Assembly: GCA_016181845.1 (NCBI GenBank)
Contig: JACOYO010000005.1
Span: 2,845-66,844 of the forward strand
DNA: 64,000 nucleotides
Source: Parcubacteria group bacterium
Lineage (GTDB): Bacteria; Patescibacteriota; Minisyncoccia; Phycocordibacterales; 21-14-all-47-15
Direction of reading: 5' to 3'
Under the pieces are notes generated by a model. The model searched no databases. It saw only the letters and a list, made by a program, of their open reading frames with translations, and had not been told where the DNA came from. Below, in pieces: positions 60,577 to 64,000 of this stretch (position 1 is its first letter; each line of letters opens with the position of its first letter). The position numbers and the translations under genes are program-made.

Positions 60577-60578
60577 GG

Positions 60579-61349
60579 TTATTCTATGCTTATCTGTCCG
60601 TTCGCCCACACCACAACCGTTTTTTGCGCCGTTTCACGGGCGGCGCTTAAAATAATTTCCGCGTCGGAATACACTTTTGAAACTCCTCCCAAAACACCGA
60701 TAATGGACGCGTCTGGATTCGGACGCGTAAATGCAATATCAAGCGACGAGAGCCCGCATTCAGCTGTCGGGTCATTTATGGTCTTGCCGTCTGTTTTCAC
60801 ATTCCCGCATAGACGCGCGATGTTTGCGTTGGATTGTATGTTGAATACTTCCAGACATTCCGTGCCGGCGACGCCGCAGGAAATTCCATTGTACTGCTTA
60901 TCCCCGCCTGTGATATCGGCAAACAGCACAAAAGAATCAGTGATGGAGGAATTCAAAAAAACGCCATACGAAGGAAAGGTATTCGACCCCGCGCCAAATT
61001 CTCGGACATTTTGTCCGTATGTTTGCGCTTGCCGTATTGAAACGGCAATTTCGTTTGCAAGCGTTCCAAGAGAAACGGTATTTAAAAATTTTTGATAATT
61101 TGCCAGAATGAGCGAAGTCATGATAACAAAAATACCGACAGAAACAACCATTTCAATCATGGTAAACCCCGACACCAAACATGGCGTTGTGCTTTTATGT
61201 CGCTTCATGTTATGGAGAGAGTATTTGAAGACGGTAAGACGCCTATACAATCTCTTTGTTTTCAAGAAAGCACGCGACATGACGCCATGTTGTGGTGTGT
61301 GGGTAAACCCCGCATTCGCATTGCATTGCTGGTTTGTATGTTTATCCAT
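60579..61349 (-). CDS. Minor type IV pilin (FimU/FimT-like) with a 47-aa insertion in the leader
   Basis: AGFTHTP...LVSG|FTMIE; IRQAQ.YG; YGV; I.FTRPNP. Confidence 0.85.
   Translation of the reverse strand: MDKHTNQQCNANAGFTHTPQHGVMSRAFLKTKRLYRRLTVFKYSLHNMKRHKSTTPCLVSGFTMIEMVVSVGIFVIMTSLILANYQKFLNTVSLGTLANEIAVSIRQAQTYGQNVREFGAGSNTFPSYGVFLNSSITDSFVLFADITGGDKQYNGISCGVAGTECLEVFNIQSNANIARLCGNVKTDGKTINDPTAECGLSSLDIAFTRPNPDASIIGVLGGVSKVYSDAEIILSAARETAQKTVVVWANGQISIE
61161..61312. mobile_element. 141-bp palindromic element inserted in-frame at the prepilin Gly|Phe site
   Basis: GGTAAACCCCG direct repeat at 61161-61171 and 61302-61312; inverted arms ACACCA-AACATGGCGT / ACGCCATGTT-G-TGGTGT. Confidence 0.8.
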
Positions 61350-62190
61350 AAAAAGAGAGAAGTGAAATGACGGTGCCGATATGAAACCGTAATAAAAAAG
61401 AGGTCAGCGCGCCAAACGCAAGAAACGGCCCGAATGGAATCTCACTCTTCAGTGTAAAATAGTTTCCGCGTAAAAACAATGCGCGCATTTTGCTTGCCGC
61501 GATAAGCAATATCCCGACAATCGCTCCCGACCACACAGCTATAAGAATAGCGAACGTGCCATGCGTCGGGCCCAAAAGCCACCCGATAGCAAGCGCTAAT
61601 TTTGCATCGCCAAGTCCGATAACGCGACCACGTGAAAAAATCCAAAGGGCTCCAAAAAACAGAAAAAAAACAATTCCTGTAATAAGGGCTGAAGTGTCAA
61701 ATGCAGTTCCTGCAGTTCCGGTAAAAAGTCTCACGCCAGCCAAAAGAATGAGCGGGTACACGAAACCGTTTGGAATAATAGTATGCCGAATATCATACAC
61801 TGAAATGATAAGAAACAAGATTGAGATAAAAAGCGCGTACACAAAGGAAACAATATCAAAACGCGACACTGCCCAAAACATCTCTGTTGGAGCAATCGTA
61901 TTCCGAGCAAAAAAGGCGGCAAACAGAGAAAGAAAGATTAGGCCGGTTACTAATTCCACTATCGGATATTGCCATGAGATGGCGCTTTTGCAGACGCTAC
62001 ATCTGCCTTTTTGAATAATAAAACTCAAGAGCGGAAAAAGTTCTTTCCACGAGAGTGTCTTTCCGCAAGCAAAACATTGGGACCTTCCTCCGAGAGAGCG
62101 GCCGCTATGATACCGCGCTATTATCACATTTAAAAAACTGCCGATAATAGTTCCGAAAATAAATATAAAAACAAAAGAAAAGTATGGCAT
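61342..62190 (-). CDS. pilD: Prepilin peptidase
   Basis: GSFLNV; RS.C..C; G.C..CK; YD....IP; GLGDAKL; PFGPFL. Confidence 0.93.
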   Translation of the reverse strand: MPYFSFVFIFIFGTIIGSFLNVIIARYHSGRSLGGRSQCFACGKTLSWKELFPLLSFIIQKGRCSVCKSAISWQYPIVELVTGLIFLSLFAAFFARNTIAPTEMFWAVSRFDIVSFVYALFISILFLIISVYDIRHTIIPNGFVYPLILLAGVRLFTGTAGTAFDTSALITGIVFFLFFGALWIFSRGRVIGLGDAKLALAIGWLLGPTHGTFAILIAVWSGAIVGILLIAASKMRALFLRGNYFTLKSEIPFGPFLAFGALTSFLLRFHIGTVISLLSFYG

Positions 62191-62349
62191 ATTTTCTGAT
62201 TACTTTTTATTATACCTTTTCTTTAGGTCTTTGCGAAAGAGCGCATGAACGCTTCCCAACCGTCAAATATTCTAAAAGTCTAAAAACAAAAATACCCCGC
62301 CATATGGCGCGGGGCATTTTTGCCTGTATCAATACAGTACGGAAATGGA

Positions 62350-62796
62350 CTATGGTTTCAAGTCGTAAATCGGGTCAGTTCCCGCAAAATCAGCGGCGCT
62401 TCCTGAACAAATATCCGTGCTCGCGGATGCGTCAGAGTCGGTTGTCAATACAGCGTGCCCTGTTGCCTCCATGGTCGCTCCCAAGTGATAGGAGGTGCAT
62501 GATGTGCCAGAGAGAAGCGCCGCGTATTGGTATGCCGGCGTGATGAGCGGGTCTTGCGGAATTGAAGGAATGTAGATCGTCGCCAAACTATCGAGTATTG
62601 GCGGATAGGCGCGATTCGCGTCAAAGTAAAGCTCGAGCGCAAGCTGAAGCTGTTTCAAATCTGCAATGCGCTTCGCATCCCGTGATTTCTGGCGAGCGGT
62701 GTTGAGCGATGCCAGTACTACGCTTGACAAGATGCCGATAATGGCGATTACAACCAAAAGTTCAATGAGCGTAAAACCTTTATTTTTTTTCTGCAT
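62350..62796 (-). CDS. Type IV major pilin / GspG-like
   Basis: KG|FTLIELLVVIAIIGILSSVVLASL..AR.K.RDAKR..D; own terminator 62289-62321. Confidence 0.92.
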   Translation of the reverse strand: MQKKNKGFTLIELLVVIAIIGILSSVVLASLNTARQKSRDAKRIADLKQLQLALELYFDANRAYPPILDSLATIYIPSIPQDPLITPAYQYAALLSGTSCTSYHLGATMEATGHAVLTTDSDASASTDICSGSAADFAGTDPIYDLKP

Positions 62797-63001
62797 ATAA
62801 GTAGAGGATGGATTTCAAAATTTATAAAAAATAAATAATAGGTGCACCTATTATTATCGACCGATAAAACTTAATACTTGTACAAACATTAAGCGACACA
62901 CCTGCATGGTATGCTTACCTAATATCAATAGTAAGTATATAACATTGTGGCAAAACGCAAAAGACGCCCTTGTGGATAAGGAGCGGATAAAGAAAAGCCA
63001 T

Positions 63002-64000
63002 TTACAAGCCGGAAGTCGTCTGATAGATGGGGACCAACACAGCCGCAAGCAAAAGACCGACTCCGACGCCAAGCGCAACAATAAGAATCGGCTCAATGAG
63101 CGATACAATTGTATCAACCTCATTGTTTACCTCGCGTTCATAAAAAGACGAGAGTGTTTTCAACACATACCCGAGCTTGCCGGTTTCCTCCCCCACTTTT
63201 ACCATCTGAATTAAAATACTTGGTATCTCTTCGTATGCCCCAAGCGCTTGGGAGAGCGTATCTCCTCCCTGCACCGCGCCTGCCGTTTTTTCTAAAATAT
63301 TTTCGTATACTTCGTTGCCGACAACCGCGGCCGTCACTTCAATGGAACGCACGATTGGGATGCCGCTCGTGAGCATTGTATCAAGGTTGGTTGCAATGCG
63401 GGCCAAATAAAACTTTCTGTAGAGCCGCCCGATAAACGGCAGAGAAATTTCCAAGCGTGCAATCGCCGTTTTTCCGCCGCGTCCAATCCAAAACCTCCAC
63501 AAAAAGATACCGCCCACCACCAATACCAACAGAAAAAATAGCCCGTACTGCACCAAAAAATGGCTTATGCCGATAATCACTTTCGTATAGAGAGGAATTG
63601 CTTGCCCAGTTTCCGTGAGAATCGCGCTCAAGCGCGGAATGACCATGACAAACATGACAATCATGACAACTATAAAGGTCGTTATGACAAAAGCGGGATA
63701 AATCAGCGCGTTTTTCGCCTTGCTAGAAAGAGCGTAACTGCGGTCAAGATGGTCGGCCAAATATAAAAAAGTTTCATTGAGTTTGCCGGACTCCTCGCCG
63801 GAGTGCACCATACTCACATAAAAATTTGAAAAGGCGCGCGGGTGCTTCCCCATCGCCTGCGAAATAGTGATGCCACTTTGAATATCGTCGGTAATGGTCG
63901 CCAATATTTTTCGGAGCGTTTCGTTGTCTGATTCGTTGGCAAGTAATTTAAAAATTTCAAGCGCCGGCACTTTTGCCTCAAAGAGCGTCGCTATCTGCCG
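63002..64000 (-). CDS. pilC: Type IV pilus platform protein PilC/GspF (5' end outside window)
   Basis: GEESGKL; ALIYPAF; GEETGKL; EP.LI..LG. Confidence 0.93.
   Translation of the reverse strand, partial: RQIATLFEAKVPALEIFKLLANESDNETLRKILATITDDIQSGITISQAMGKHPRAFSNFYVSMVHSGEESGKLNETFLYLADHLDRSYALSSKAKNALIYPAFVITTFIVVMIVMFVMVIPRLSAILTETGQAIPLYTKVIIGISHFLVQYGLFFLLVLVVGGIFLWRFWIGRGGKTAIARLEISLPFIGRLYRKFYLARIATNLDTMLTSGIPIVRSIEVTAAVVGNEVYENILEKTAGAVQGGDTLSQALGAYEEIPSILIQMVKVGEETGKLGYVLKTLSSFYEREVNNEVDTIVSLIEPILIVALGVGVGLLLAAVLVPIYQTTSGL

Overview
64 kb of a Patescibacteria/CPR (Parcubacteria-like) chromosome, standard genetic code. The taxon is inferred from gene content and protein styles: short EF-Ts, N-terminally trimmed RF1, split transketolase, a large peptidoglycan-binding surface protein and a type IV pilus cluster. 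Positions 1-12.7 kb are an accessory region downstream of tRNA-Thr(UGU), with phage-virion-like genes, a Fic protein, an FG-GAP gene on a 1,620-bp duplication-flanked cassette and a cohesin/dockerin operon. The rest is mostly core: tsf, rpsB, prfA, rpmE, rplY, fba, pfkB, tkt, rpe, rpiB, gap, gatB, secA, murB, ftsK, recA, ligA, pilins, pilD, pilC. The most striking layer is a set of small palindromic elements. Two REP-associated HUH transposases (RAYT) each carry their own REP inside the same protein loop, and one REP family carries DnaA boxes. A 141-bp element is inserted in-frame at a prepilin cleavage site. A 200-bp multi-hairpin element is integrated at tRNA-Thr. Several orphan repeat families also occur. 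Other observations: perfect DnaA boxes near promoters of envelope genes, a TGTCYTTWA array in and upstream of an HTH gene next to ftsK, apparently leaderless core genes, and unannotated micro-ORFs. All calls are from reading the sequence by eye; no searches were run.
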